DNA of 64,000 bases from positions 1 through 64,000 of the forward strand of contig JBDLRP010000001.1 in NCBI GenBank assembly GCA_039799905.1, read 5' to 3'. The stretch comes from Pseudomonadota bacterium. GTDB taxonomy: Bacteria; Bdellovibrionota_B; Oligoflexia; Silvanigrellales; Silvanigrellaceae. How positions within the stretch are numbered: the stretch's first letter is position 1; each line of letters opens with the position of its first letter. The translations under genes were made by a program, and so were the position numbers. Below the pieces are notes generated by a model. It saw only the letters and a program-made list of their open reading frames with translations. It made no database searches and was not told the DNA's origin. This document shows, piece after piece, positions 27,001 through 36,855 of this stretch.

Positions 27001-28314
27001 TCATGACTCAGGAAGATGTCTCTTACTTTCCTTTTTATCCGAATACATGGAAGCGTCGGCCAATTTCATGAGCTTAGTCAGCTCGCGCGCGTGGTGCGGA
27101 TACACCGCATGGCCGATGCTCGTACCGACGTGCAAAGTCTCCTGTCCATATTGAATCGGAACACACACAGCCTCTTTAAGTTTTGCTTTGGTCGCCTCAA
27201 TGTCCAAAGCACTCGAACTCACCATCAAAATAGCGAATTCATCGCCGCCAAGGCGGGCAACAAAGTCGGAAAATCGGGTCGTTTCCCGCAACCGCCTGCC
27301 AACCTCCTGCAACACAGCATCTCCGGCCTCGTGGCCGAAAGTGTCATTCACTTTTTTGAAACCATTGAGGTCAAGATAGAGAAGATGTGCCTGAGTACCG
27401 ATGCGCTCGCACAATTCAATTCCATAGCTGCCTTCGTCGAGAAAACCCGTTCGGTTGAGCAGTCCTGTCAAAGCATCGATTTTTGCCTTTTGTTCGGCAT
27501 TTTTCTCTCGGTTGAAAGACGCGAAAGATATTCCCCCGATTAAAAACAGGCCGAAGAAAGAAATGCCAATAACCATGTTGAGTGATGAACGAGAGTTCTG
27601 ACTTGCCAAAGACTCAATCTTACCCAACGGGATGTCAGCTTCAATAGCTCCCATAATATCGCCAATCTTGAACACCTTTTGTGTTAATATGCCAGCTTCA
27701 CTCCTGCGCTTCAAAATGTCTGAACGTTGCTCAAAGGCATTGTGGCAGTTGACGCAGCTCGCCGCCAACGCGACATCGGCACTCAGGTATCTGAGAATTT
27801 TTTCTCCATTGATTTCTTCAATCCGCCAGACCGGAGCTGGTGTGAATGCTTTTGAGTCGAAGGCATTCATCTGCTCTTCGAGGCGTGAAAAAGCCCATTC
27901 CTGAAATCGATCCGACAGGCCGTTTGCCGGATTAATGTTCCACCTTGAAACCAGCCGATAATTATACAAACCTGAGTTGCGTTCTTTCACTTCATGCGAC
28001 ATCAGGCTCAAAAATTGAGCTGGAATCGGTGCGGAACCGACGACACTTTGGTACTCATGAGTCACCGGAATGCCTTCGCGAACCAATTTCTCGGCAACGT
28101 TTTTGGAATACGTTGCACGAGCGCCAATGGCCTGCTCTGTGATGACTTTTGCCAGGCGCAGTGCTTCGGACTCGATAATTTTCTTTTGGGAATCAACAAC
28201 CGACCAGTAGCTCGTAAACACGAGCGCAGCAATCACCAGCAGAAAAAGGACACCGATCATCAACACATGTTTGCGTTTGCGTTCAAACTTGACCAGCGAG
28301 ACTTTACGATCCAT
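27001..28314 (-). CDS. Diguanylate cyclase with a periplasmic c-type heme (Tll0287/DUF3365-like) sensor
   Basis: TM, CVNCH, TM; DALTGLLNR, FKKVNDTFGH and RLGGDEF. Confidence 0.9.
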   Translation of the reverse strand: MDRKVSLVKFERKRKHVLMIGVLFLLVIAALVFTSYWSVVDSQKKIIESEALRLAKVITEQAIGARATYSKNVAEKLVREGIPVTHEYQSVVGSAPIPAQFLSLMSHEVKERNSGLYNYRLVSRWNINPANGLSDRFQEWAFSRLEEQMNAFDSKAFTPAPVWRIEEINGEKILRYLSADVALAASCVNCHNAFEQRSDILKRRSEAGILTQKVFKIGDIMGAIEADIPLGKIESLASQNSRSSLNMVIGISFFGLFLIGGISFASFNREKNAEQKAKIDALTGLLNRTGFLDEGSYGIELCERIGTQAHLLYLDLNGFKKVNDTFGHEAGDAVLQEVGRRLRETTRFSDFVARLGGDEFAILMVSSSALDIEATKAKLKEAVCVPIQYGQETLHVGTSIGHAVYPHHARELTKLMKLADASMYSDKKESKRHLPES

Positions 28315-28402
28315 GAGCAACTCTCCCACAAGGCCGTCCCAATCTGCTCCGCATTGAGTATCGATGCTCTGCACGGAGCCGTTTGGACGCGGTCGCAGGT
28401 TT

Positions 28403-29938
28403 TCAGCCCTTCGCAAACACCTGAACGACTTCGTGAGTCGAATCAACCACGTTACGCCACGATTCAGCTGCAAAGGTAAAATGATCGCCGGCACTGTACC
28501 AGTTGGGTGCCGACATTCTGACTTCTGTCGTGGAGGGCACGGACTCATTCCGCGGAAGGTTGTATCCGACAGGCATCAGGCTGATGCGTTCACGCATCAG
28601 TGTCAGACCCGGTGCGGCAGGACGGGCTTGTTGGGCTGCCTTGAGATGAGGCTCAGAAAGCAGACGGAGTGCAGCCTTGCGACAGCGGTTGAGAGCTTCT
28701 CGGACCGACTGCGCATGCAGCGAATCTTCGAAATCTATTGACGTGAAGAACCCCAACCGTCCGTTGCTCAAACACACTCCCTGCACCCGTTCGACCGGAC
28801 AGATGATCCGTGCGCCGGACTTCAGCCATTCAAATTGACCTTGTGGCAACAGAGCCTGCCGCCAACTGTCGTACTCGACCCACACCAGCGAACGCGGCCG
28901 GTGTCGTGCGACGAGTTTGGAATGCTGCGCGTGCAATTGTTCACGCGGCAGTACTGACAAAGTCCTCATCAGCGGAACAGCGAAGGCAATTTTTTCGACC
29001 GACAGCTGCTGCGGGGTCTTTGAGTATGCATCTGCGATTTGAACGCGGGTGAGATCAGTCTTTTTCTCGGGCACAAAAGCGCGCACAATTTCGGCTTGGG
29101 TGCGCACATCAACTCCGCGCGCAAGAAGCACAACTTCGAGTGCAAGCTCAAGCCGTGCGGCACGGACGAACCATTTTGGCAGCGTTGAGTTGTGCGTGCC
29201 GACGAATGCCTGAACGACACTTTGAACGACCGCCGAAGGAGTGCGATCCAGTGGCCAGCCCAAGAGAGTTTCCAGCAAGGGAGTGAGGGCTTCCTTTTGA
29301 ACCTTTGGGAGAGCCGACCAAAAAGCGCCGGTCTCGAAAGGACCTTCGCCCTCTGGAGCACTAGTCTCGCCTTGAGCGAGCGCCTGCAGCGACTCGGCCT
29401 CCTTGCGCGTGAGCATTTCGGACGAACCGGCCAAAACGTCGGTCAGATTTGTGAATTCCTTTCTGACCAAGAAAGTTTTGCGCACGTGTTCGCTGTCAGC
29501 GGCCAATCGTTCGGCGACAAATCCATCGATGAATTCAATTTCCTCTTCGCTGAGGTTCATCCGCAGATGACGCTCATAAACCTCAAGCGCCGTCGGATCG
29601 AACAATTCGAATCCAGGGCCACTGCAATGCTGCCATGCGTCGGCCGAGAATTGCCCGGCAAGCACTTCGACCCTGCCCATTCCGACAGGTGCGGGAGGAA
29701 TCTGGAACAGGCGCCCTCCCAAGGTCGTCTTGGACTCAAGCAGAACAAGTTTCCGTTTCGATTCTCCGCGCGACAATCGCAGAGCAGTGAGAATTCCCGC
29801 CAGACCACCGCCGACTATCAACTGAGTGGATCGCGAGTCTTCCGCGGCCGATTGACCAATCTCCAACAAGGCCCTGAGTGCTTCCTGCGACGGACCGGTG
29901 CTTTGCAACGAGAGCCAGTGATCGCGGGTCAAACTCAT
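28403..29938 (-). CDS. FAD-dependent oxidoreductase (amine-oxidase/desaturase-like fold)
   Basis: IVGGGLAG...LLE....GGR and C-terminal AGD; overlaps the rsgA stop. Confidence 0.65.
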   Translation of the reverse strand: MSLTRDHWLSLQSTGPSQEALRALLEIGQSAAEDSRSTQLIVGGGLAGILTALRLSRGESKRKLVLLESKTTLGGRLFQIPPAPVGMGRVEVLAGQFSADAWQHCSGPGFELFDPTALEVYERHLRMNLSEEEIEFIDGFVAERLAADSEHVRKTFLVRKEFTNLTDVLAGSSEMLTRKEAESLQALAQGETSAPEGEGPFETGAFWSALPKVQKEALTPLLETLLGWPLDRTPSAVVQSVVQAFVGTHNSTLPKWFVRAARLELALEVVLLARGVDVRTQAEIVRAFVPEKKTDLTRVQIADAYSKTPQQLSVEKIAFAVPLMRTLSVLPREQLHAQHSKLVARHRPRSLVWVEYDSWRQALLPQGQFEWLKSGARIICPVERVQGVCLSNGRLGFFTSIDFEDSLHAQSVREALNRCRKAALRLLSEPHLKAAQQARPAAPGLTLMRERISLMPVGYNLPRNESVPSTTEVRMSAPNWYSAGDHFTFAAESWRNVVDSTHEVVQVFAKG

Positions 29939-31287
29939 TCCTCTGATTCCTCCCTGTCATTACCTTCGGCATCAGATTCGACATCGCCGGATTGCATCGA
30001 ACGAAGCTTTTCATCGCGCACCTGTGTGCGTGCACGCAGGTCGGCAATGACTTCTGCCTCCGATGCATCGCCTTCACCTTCACGAAAGGAAATACCTTTG
30101 AGCAAACCCATGAAACTGCGATAACGCTCCTGTGAAATGCGTCCGTCAGCAACAGCATCCTTGATTCCACATTTTGGCTCATGGTCGTGAGTGCATTCGC
30201 GATAATGACAGCGGATTCCACGGAACTCAGGAAAGCACTGGGTCAGCGTGATTGAATCGAAACTATTGACAGAAAAAGATCTGACCCCCGGAGTGTCGAT
30301 GGCATAGGCACCGATACCGAGCTGCAGAAGGGAATTGTATGTCGTTGTGTGGCGGCCCTTGTAGAAAATTTCAGGATTTTCATCGACGATTTGGTCAAAT
30401 TCCGGCTTCATCAAATTCAGCAGACTGCTTTTTCCAACTCCGGAATGCCCTGCAAAGCCTATCAACTTACCTTTGAATGTCTCTCTCAGGCGCTTGACCT
30501 CTGCCGTCGTTTTGCGCGGTTTGAGTGCACAAATTTCAAACACGTCGTAGCCTATTTCTTTATAGATAGACACTCGCCGATTGTAGCGCTTGAGGAACTC
30601 TTCAGTGGCGAGCTTAGAATTTTCAAGCAAATCGACTTTGTTCAGCACGACTGCGGCAGGCAGCCCTTCCAGCTCGGCCTGAACCAAAAACCGGTCGATT
30701 AGCCCCCAGCGCACTTCAGGGTGGAAGACGGACGCAACCACGACCAAAAGATCAATGTTGGCCAACATGACGTGCTCCCACTCAGGGTTGAGTGGGTCTC
30801 GACGGGCAATGCGGCTGTGCCTGTGGAATGCATGCTGAACAACACCGCGAGGAAGGTCGGTGTCCTTGGGTTGCCCTTCGCCGTCGAAGGTCACCTCAGC
30901 ATCGGGTTCAAAAAGAATTCTGTCGCCGACAACCACAAAATTCCGTTCTTTGTGAGCGCGCTGGAAGTGTCTCTTGGCGACCGAACACAACCAGAGCAGT
31001 TCGGTCTGGGGACGTCCGTCGGCATCCTCTTCAGCAACAAATATATGCCGCTTGTGAACTTCTATGACGCGTCCCCGACGCTGTCCGGCCGTGCAAAGGC
31101 CCTCAAGCCTGAGCAAAAATTCTGGCTCGCTCTCATCGCCGTCAACAAAAGCTCCGTCCACCAGCCAATCATCTACTGTTCGACCACGGACGGAGCGTTT
31201 CTGCTTTTTGATTTTTTCAATTTTGACAAGCCTGTCGCGCCGGCGGTGGTCAGCCTCGTCAAGATACTTGCGCCAGTCCCTAACCAT
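29935..31287 (-). CDS. rsgA: Ribosome small subunit-dependent GTPase A
   Basis: NKVD, GHSGVGKSS, GRHTTT, DTPG and CxxxxCxHxxEPxC. Confidence 0.93.
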   Translation of the reverse strand: MVRDWRKYLDEADHRRRDRLVKIEKIKKQKRSVRGRTVDDWLVDGAFVDGDESEPEFLLRLEGLCTAGQRRGRVIEVHKRHIFVAEEDADGRPQTELLWLCSVAKRHFQRAHKERNFVVVGDRILFEPDAEVTFDGEGQPKDTDLPRGVVQHAFHRHSRIARRDPLNPEWEHVMLANIDLLVVVASVFHPEVRWGLIDRFLVQAELEGLPAAVVLNKVDLLENSKLATEEFLKRYNRRVSIYKEIGYDVFEICALKPRKTTAEVKRLRETFKGKLIGFAGHSGVGKSSLLNLMKPEFDQIVDENPEIFYKGRHTTTYNSLLQLGIGAYAIDTPGVRSFSVNSFDSITLTQCFPEFRGIRCHYRECTHDHEPKCGIKDAVADGRISQERYRSFMGLLKGISFREGEGDASEAEVIADLRARTQVRDEKLRSMQSGDVESDAEGNDREESEE

Positions 31288-31373
31288 CAGAAGAACGTCC
31301 TAAACTGCAGATCTAACGTATTCTTCCCATGCTAAACGATCCGGAGCAGCATGCAACACGCGGGGCGGGCGGT

Positions 31374-31976
31374 TTATTTCTTCGCCACCAGCTTCAGGGT
31401 GAGCTCGAATTCATCATTGATGATTTTGTCAGCGGTCAGCTCCTTGAAAAAGTTGCCCGAGCCATACTTGAGACCCCATTTGGTGCGGTCGATCTTGATT
31501 GTGGCCTGGCCGGTTGCGTTGGTCTTGTCAAGCGCAATCTTGGCCGGAAAGCTGATGGGCTGAGTCTTGCCAATCATGGTGAAGTCGCCATTGACAATGA
31601 ATTCGTCCTTGTTCTTGGGATCAGCTTTCACGCTCGTGATCTTGAACTCGGCAGTTGGAAATTTGCTGACGTTGAAGAAGTCAGGACTGGACAAATGGCT
31701 CACCAGTTTCTTCTGATAATCAGGGCTATCCTTGAGATCTTCGTTGGTCAGCGTCTTCATGTCGACGACGAAGCTTCCCGCGGTGAGAACGCCTTTGGCG
31801 TCAAACGTCACCGAGCCTTCTTTTACCGAAATTGCGCCATTGTGCGCGCTGCCGGTCTTTTTTGAGCCCTTCCAACCGACCGCGCTGCTGGCGGCATCGA
31901 GCTTCATGACGCTTGCAGCAAATGCGGGCGCCGCGGAAACCACAGAGATGAGCGTAACGATCGTCTTAGCCAACAT
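31374..31976 (-). CDS. YceI family periplasmic lipid/quinone-binding protein
   Basis: WKGSK...HNG, HLSSPDFF...FP and IDRTKWG. Confidence 0.9.
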   Translation of the reverse strand: MLAKTIVTLISVVSAAPAFAASVMKLDAASSAVGWKGSKKTGSAHNGAISVKEGSVTFDAKGVLTAGSFVVDMKTLTNEDLKDSPDYQKKLVSHLSSPDFFNVSKFPTAEFKITSVKADPKNKDEFIVNGDFTMIGKTQPISFPAKIALDKTNATGQATIKIDRTKWGLKYGSGNFFKELTADKIINDEFELTLKLVAKK

Positions 31977-32015
31977 GCATGACCCCTTATTGAAGTTTAT
32001 CCGAGAAACGTCTGG

Positions 32016-32054
32016 CCATTATCCGCATTGCAAACAAGAGTGCAAGGATAATGG
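32016..32054. promoter_or_regulatory. Inverted repeat between divergent yceI and mutS2
   Basis: ccattatcc / ggataatgg plus ttgca / tgcaa; overlaps TTGCAC-N16-GATAAT on the minus strand. Confidence 0.5.
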
Positions 32055-32145
32055 TTTGACCGCTCCCTATTTTCACAGACTTGTAAAATGGTGCCAAGCG
32101 TATAGATGAATTTAGGGCCTCTTCCGAAACCACAGGGTTCGATGC

Positions 32146-35055
32146 ATGAACGAGCAAATCACACCATTCCAAAGCGAAACCCATGAAACACAACCTGGTG
32201 AATGGGACAAACAGGCACTCCTCAAAGATGCACTCGAACGCCTGGAGTGGCCGCGCCTCACAGATGCTCTCGCCCAATTGGCCATGCTTCAACACACCAA
32301 AGGCCGTCTGCAGGAATTATCACCGTGGATTACCGAAGCGGAACGCACTTGGAATCTGCGCGCAACCAGCCGTCTTCTTCATCTACTCAGCGTCGGCGAA
32401 AGCATCGAAATCCAGCCCTTTGACGCGGGTTATTTTTTTGATGCGATTTCGCACGGCGCACTGCTCAATGGTCTAGGACTTTATCATCTTGGTTTACTTT
32501 GCTCTCAGACCGAGCGGCTCGGAACAAAAGCACGCAATGAGCAACGCAAAGAGGGATGCGGATCGCTTGGTCCGGAGTTGGCGGGTCTTCTGGCGCAGCT
32601 CAAACAACAAACGTCCTTGGCGCGACGCCTTGCTCTGGCAGCCGACGAAAATGGCCGCATACTTGATTCCGCATCTGCCGAGTTGAAAGAGGCAAGGCAA
32701 AAGTTCGACTCCTTGACGCGCCGCATGACCCACAGCCTCGAGAACACGCTGAAGGTGCCGAGTGTGCGGGATGCCCTTCAAGACGCTGTATGGATGCTTC
32801 GTGACGGCAGATACGTTCTGCCCGTGCGCGTCGACCGAAAATCAGACGTGCCCGGCGTTGCACGCGGCGTCAGTTCATCCGGCAACACTCTTTTTATCGA
32901 GCCTGCCGGACTCAGCGAATTACAGGCACAGCTGTCGGCGGCCGAAACCGACGTCATGCTGGCGGAAAACCGCGTCTTGAGAGCATTCTCAGACGAAGCT
33001 TATTCACTCCGCGAAGATCTTTTGTCGGCGCTCGAGACTCTCGAAACATTCGACTGTGTCTGTGCGCGCGCAAGGCTAGCCTCGCGTTTGGGCGGCGTGA
33101 TGCCCGAGTTTCACGAGAATCCTCAGGCGTCGCGATTCGAACTCCTCGATGCGCAGCACCCGCTTTACATACTTGAAGACAAACCATGCGTGCCCAACCA
33201 TCTTCTCCTGCAGCCAAGCAAAGACGGCAGCAGGTGCCCGCGCGTCTGGGTGCTCTCGGGCCCGAATGCCGGCGGCAAAACAGTCGCAATGCGAACTGTT
33301 GGTCTGCAGTGCGCAATGGCACTGGCGGGTCTATTTGTACCGTCGCGAAAGGCGACGTTCTTCAACTTCAATTCCATTTACGTCGAAATGGGCGACCGCC
33401 AAGACCGCCGCGAAGATCTCTCGACGTTCTCCGGTCACCTTTTGCACGTGCGCAGGATTTGTGAACTTACAGACACGCAGTCACTTGTGCTCCTCGATGA
33501 AGGCTTTGTCGGCACCGACCCTTCCATCGGCTCCGCGATGGCGCAAGCAACCCTCGAGACGCTTGCTGAACGTGGTGCAACTTCCATCATCACCACACAC
33601 TTTTCATCGCTGAAGACTCTTGCCGACAAACAACCGCTCGTGTTCTCGAATGCAAGCATGGAGTTCGAACCCGATCGACTCAAGCCAACCTTTCACCTGT
33701 TGAATGGCGTACCTGGGCAAAGCTTCGCCATCGAGCTTGCGCGCAGGCTCAACTATCCCGAAGATTTGCTGCAGCGAGCATTGCGCTATCGCGGCGAGCG
33801 CGAACTCGAGCTGGAAAATTTGCTCGCGGAGCTGCAAAAATCGCGACAGCAACTCCGCATTGAAATCAGCAAGAACAAAGAACTGAACCAACAACTTGAG
33901 GTTGAAGTCGATTCGCTTGTCCACCAGCGCAAGGCCCTACAGCACCAGCAGGAAAATCTGCTCTCTGAATACACGACAAAACTCCAGAAACGGTTCAACG
34001 CATTTGAAAATCGGCTCGAAACGCGCGCCCGGCAGTTCGAGCGCGCGCAGCAGCAAATACTCAGCGATCACAAGCAAAGAGCAGAAGCTGAAGCTGCGAC
34101 GCGCAGCGACGATGACTCACCAACGACGCCAGCAGCCTCTTCCGGCACTGCTATCAGCGCGGCGGGCCGTGCACACCAGACGGAACGACCCGTGGCTTCA
34201 GCTTTCGGCAAGGGAGAATCGGAAAAACGCCGTCCGCGCAGTCTCAGCGATTTTTCACAGCTTGCAAACCTTCGCGTCGATCTTCCGCAGAAGACAATCT
34301 CCACCGAAGTTGACGACGATGAATCGTGGCAAAAGGTCCGCAAACCCGCCAAACTCTCGCAACGCGATCTCATTGATGAGGCGCGCGAAAGCCTCGATGT
34401 CATGCGCAAGTCGTTTGAGCAGACCTCGGACTCATTTGCTACGCGGCGGGATGCGCTCTCCGAGGACCTGAACGTCAGCAAAGAACGCGGAGAAAGCGTG
34501 TTATCTGAGGCGCGCGAGAAGCGTGGTCAGATCGCCAAACATCCAGCGGAATTCTGGACCGTCGGCAGGCGGGTCAAAACCGCACAATTCGACAAAGCCG
34601 GTGAAGTTGTCAGGACGGCCGACAGCAAGGGATTCGTTGAGTGCAGCTTTGGCCTCATCAAAACAAAAATTCATTTTTCTGATTTGCTGACAATTGACGA
34701 AGCCGCACAAAAAATGACTATTTCCAAGCAAAAGAAGCCAACCGTGCATTCACACGTCAAGGCACGCGAGAAGAACAAACTCGACATGACCATCGATCCT
34801 GTTCTGCCAACGCGCGACAACACCATCGATGTACGCGGACACCTTGTGGACACCGCTCTCGAACATATTGAACGTTTCATCGACAAGGCTTGGCGTGATG
34901 ACGTCAGGACCATCGTAATTGTGCATGGGCACGGCACCGGTCGCGTCAAATCCGCGGTGCGGGAATTTCTCCAAGACTGCAGCTACCGGCTGGCCTTCAG
35001 ACCCGGATCCAGCGGCGAAGGCGGAGACGGCGCGACGGTCGTCGTTCTTGAATGA
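32146..35055 (+). CDS. mutS2: MutS2 family protein with Smr domain
   Basis: RYVLPV, SSSGNTLFIEP, GPNAGGKT, STFS, LLDE..GTDP, TTH and C-terminal IDVRG...VHGHGTG. Confidence 0.92.
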   Translation: MNEQITPFQSETHETQPGEWDKQALLKDALERLEWPRLTDALAQLAMLQHTKGRLQELSPWITEAERTWNLRATSRLLHLLSVGESIEIQPFDAGYFFDAISHGALLNGLGLYHLGLLCSQTERLGTKARNEQRKEGCGSLGPELAGLLAQLKQQTSLARRLALAADENGRILDSASAELKEARQKFDSLTRRMTHSLENTLKVPSVRDALQDAVWMLRDGRYVLPVRVDRKSDVPGVARGVSSSGNTLFIEPAGLSELQAQLSAAETDVMLAENRVLRAFSDEAYSLREDLLSALETLETFDCVCARARLASRLGGVMPEFHENPQASRFELLDAQHPLYILEDKPCVPNHLLLQPSKDGSRCPRVWVLSGPNAGGKTVAMRTVGLQCAMALAGLFVPSRKATFFNFNSIYVEMGDRQDRREDLSTFSGHLLHVRRICELTDTQSLVLLDEGFVGTDPSIGSAMAQATLETLAERGATSIITTHFSSLKTLADKQPLVFSNASMEFEPDRLKPTFHLLNGVPGQSFAIELARRLNYPEDLLQRALRYRGERELELENLLAELQKSRQQLRIEISKNKELNQQLEVEVDSLVHQRKALQHQQENLLSEYTTKLQKRFNAFENRLETRARQFERAQQQILSDHKQRAEAEAATRSDDDSPTTPAASSGTAISAAGRAHQTERPVASAFGKGESEKRRPRSLSDFSQLANLRVDLPQKTISTEVDDDESWQKVRKPAKLSQRDLIDEARESLDVMRKSFEQTSDSFATRRDALSEDLNVSKERGESVLSEAREKRGQIAKHPAEFWTVGRRVKTAQFDKAGEVVRTADSKGFVECSFGLIKTKIHFSDLLTIDEAAQKMTISKQKKPTVHSHVKAREKNKLDMTIDPVLPTRDNTIDVRGHLVDTALEHIERFIDKAWRDDVRTIVIVHGHGTGRVKSAVREFLQDCSYRLAFRPGSSGEGGDGATVVVLE

Positions 35056-35064
35056 GAAACGGCC

Positions 35065-36822
35065 GTGAATAAAAAAGATACCGCTCAAAAAATCTGGTAT
35101 GCCTCAAGTGCACTGTTGCTTGTCATCAGCACGGCACTCCTTACAGTCGTGTTCGTCGCAAACGCGTCGAAATCGAAGAAGGAAATCTACGGATTTGCCG
35201 TCTCCTACACCGAGAGTGCACTGAACTCGGAGTTGAACAAAATTGCAGATGAGATCTATTCAGGACGACAGCCGCTGCCGTCGACAGTTCAATTGCTCAA
35301 CAGCAAATTGGCTGGACTCGCTTCAATTGACATGACATTTGAAGCGAGCACTGATTCATTCGGCAAAGACACAGACGAGAAAAACATACAATTGACACGA
35401 CCGGCGGGCTCAAGCACAAGCCAGTCAATGTCCCGCATTGGATTGTATTATGGCGATGTGCTGCTTGGCCGGCTGCAGACGACGGTCATCTGGAATAAAA
35501 CGCTGATGAGCGAATCATTTACAGAATCATTTGCCGCACTTTTTCCTTTTTTACTCCTCCTGCTGCTGGTGTGGTCTGCAGTATTTTATCTCATCAACAA
35601 AAAAATTATCGAACCAATCGCTTTGCAAAACGAACTGTTCCTAAAATCCAACGCGATTGCGCGCACCACGCAATCTTTGGCACACGACATTCGCCGGCCG
35701 TTTTCTATGTTGAAACTGGCTTTTGAAGCATTTTCCTCCGCAAAAGATTCCGCGGATGCCCACTCGCAGGTTCAACTGATTCTGCCAGAAGTTAATCGCG
35801 CAATAGTGAACGTCGAAGGAATGCTGCAAGACGTTATGCAGATCGGAAGCACTGCAAAACCCTATCAGGAGGAAGCATCAGTCGAAGACCTTGTGAACGC
35901 GGTTATGGGCGATGTTTTCCGAATTTTTCCGGATAAGGAATTTTCAGTCGATTATCAATTCGCACACAACACCACACTTTTTGTCGACACAATCCGGGTC
36001 ACACGCCTGCTGACAAACATTTTGGTCAATGCCATACAGGCTATGAACAGCCACGGACGCATCTGGATTGAAACAACGCACCGCGGGGCTTTCATTGAAT
36101 TTACAGTCGGCAACTCGGGCTCCCATATTCCTCGCGAACATCTGAACAAGCTTTTTGAAGCCTTTTTCACTGAGGGAAAACGCGGTGGAAATGGACTAGG
36201 CCTTGCCATTGCGCACAAGGTCATTATGGAACACGGTGGAAAGATCCGTTGCGAGTCGGAGCGCTCCGTTGCCCATCCCGATGGATTTGTGGAATTTATC
36301 TTCACTCTTCCCGCTGGCACGCTGCCGGCACCACCGCTGCGCGCCCGACAATTTGCAAGCTCCGCAGAATTCCGAACCCACATTGGACGAATGACTGCGG
36401 GCAAGGACCTCACCGGTCGGGGAAAGAAGCTAAAAATCGTTTATCTCGACGATACACAGACCTTCACACTGATGTGGAAAATGAAGCTTAGGGACAAGAT
36501 AAATCTTGAAACCTACTCGGAAACTGGCACGTTTCTCAGACATTGCGTTGCCGACGCTGCATATCTGCATTCATTCGACCTGATTATCACCGACTACTAT
36601 TTCGGAGAGGGCGATCCCCATACTGGTGAAACACTCGCACTGGAGCTGCGGAATTTCGGCTTCAAAGGCCCCATACTGCTCGCGACGAATGGCGATTTCT
36701 CGGAACAAAAACTGAGTCCGTCAATCACAGCCACCATCGGCAAGGAAGTTCCCTCGACCGAATTCCTTGAGCGCGTGATCTTTGATTCAAAGTTTCAAGC
36801 GCCGGAAAACAGCGAGCCATAA
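35065..36822 (+). CDS. Hybrid sensor histidine kinase with C-terminal receiver domain
   Basis: Two TMs; AHDIRRP, NAIQA, F..FFT and GLGLA; receiver LDD...ITDY. Confidence 0.88.
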   Translation: MNKKDTAQKIWYASSALLLVISTALLTVVFVANASKSKKEIYGFAVSYTESALNSELNKIADEIYSGRQPLPSTVQLLNSKLAGLASIDMTFEASTDSFGKDTDEKNIQLTRPAGSSTSQSMSRIGLYYGDVLLGRLQTTVIWNKTLMSESFTESFAALFPFLLLLLLVWSAVFYLINKKIIEPIALQNELFLKSNAIARTTQSLAHDIRRPFSMLKLAFEAFSSAKDSADAHSQVQLILPEVNRAIVNVEGMLQDVMQIGSTAKPYQEEASVEDLVNAVMGDVFRIFPDKEFSVDYQFAHNTTLFVDTIRVTRLLTNILVNAIQAMNSHGRIWIETTHRGAFIEFTVGNSGSHIPREHLNKLFEAFFTEGKRGGNGLGLAIAHKVIMEHGGKIRCESERSVAHPDGFVEFIFTLPAGTLPAPPLRARQFASSAEFRTHIGRMTAGKDLTGRGKKLKIVYLDDTQTFTLMWKMKLRDKINLETYSETGTFLRHCVADAAYLHSFDLIITDYYFGEGDPHTGETLALELRNFGFKGPILLATNGDFSEQKLSPSITATIGKEVPSTEFLERVIFDSKFQAPENSEP

Positions 36823-36855
36823 CAACTATTGTTGGGCGCACTTGGGAAACGCAAT

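Noticed and set aside
29192..30124. 310-aa plus-strand ORF
   Set aside because: Antisense shadow of the flavoprotein and rsgA; no motifs.
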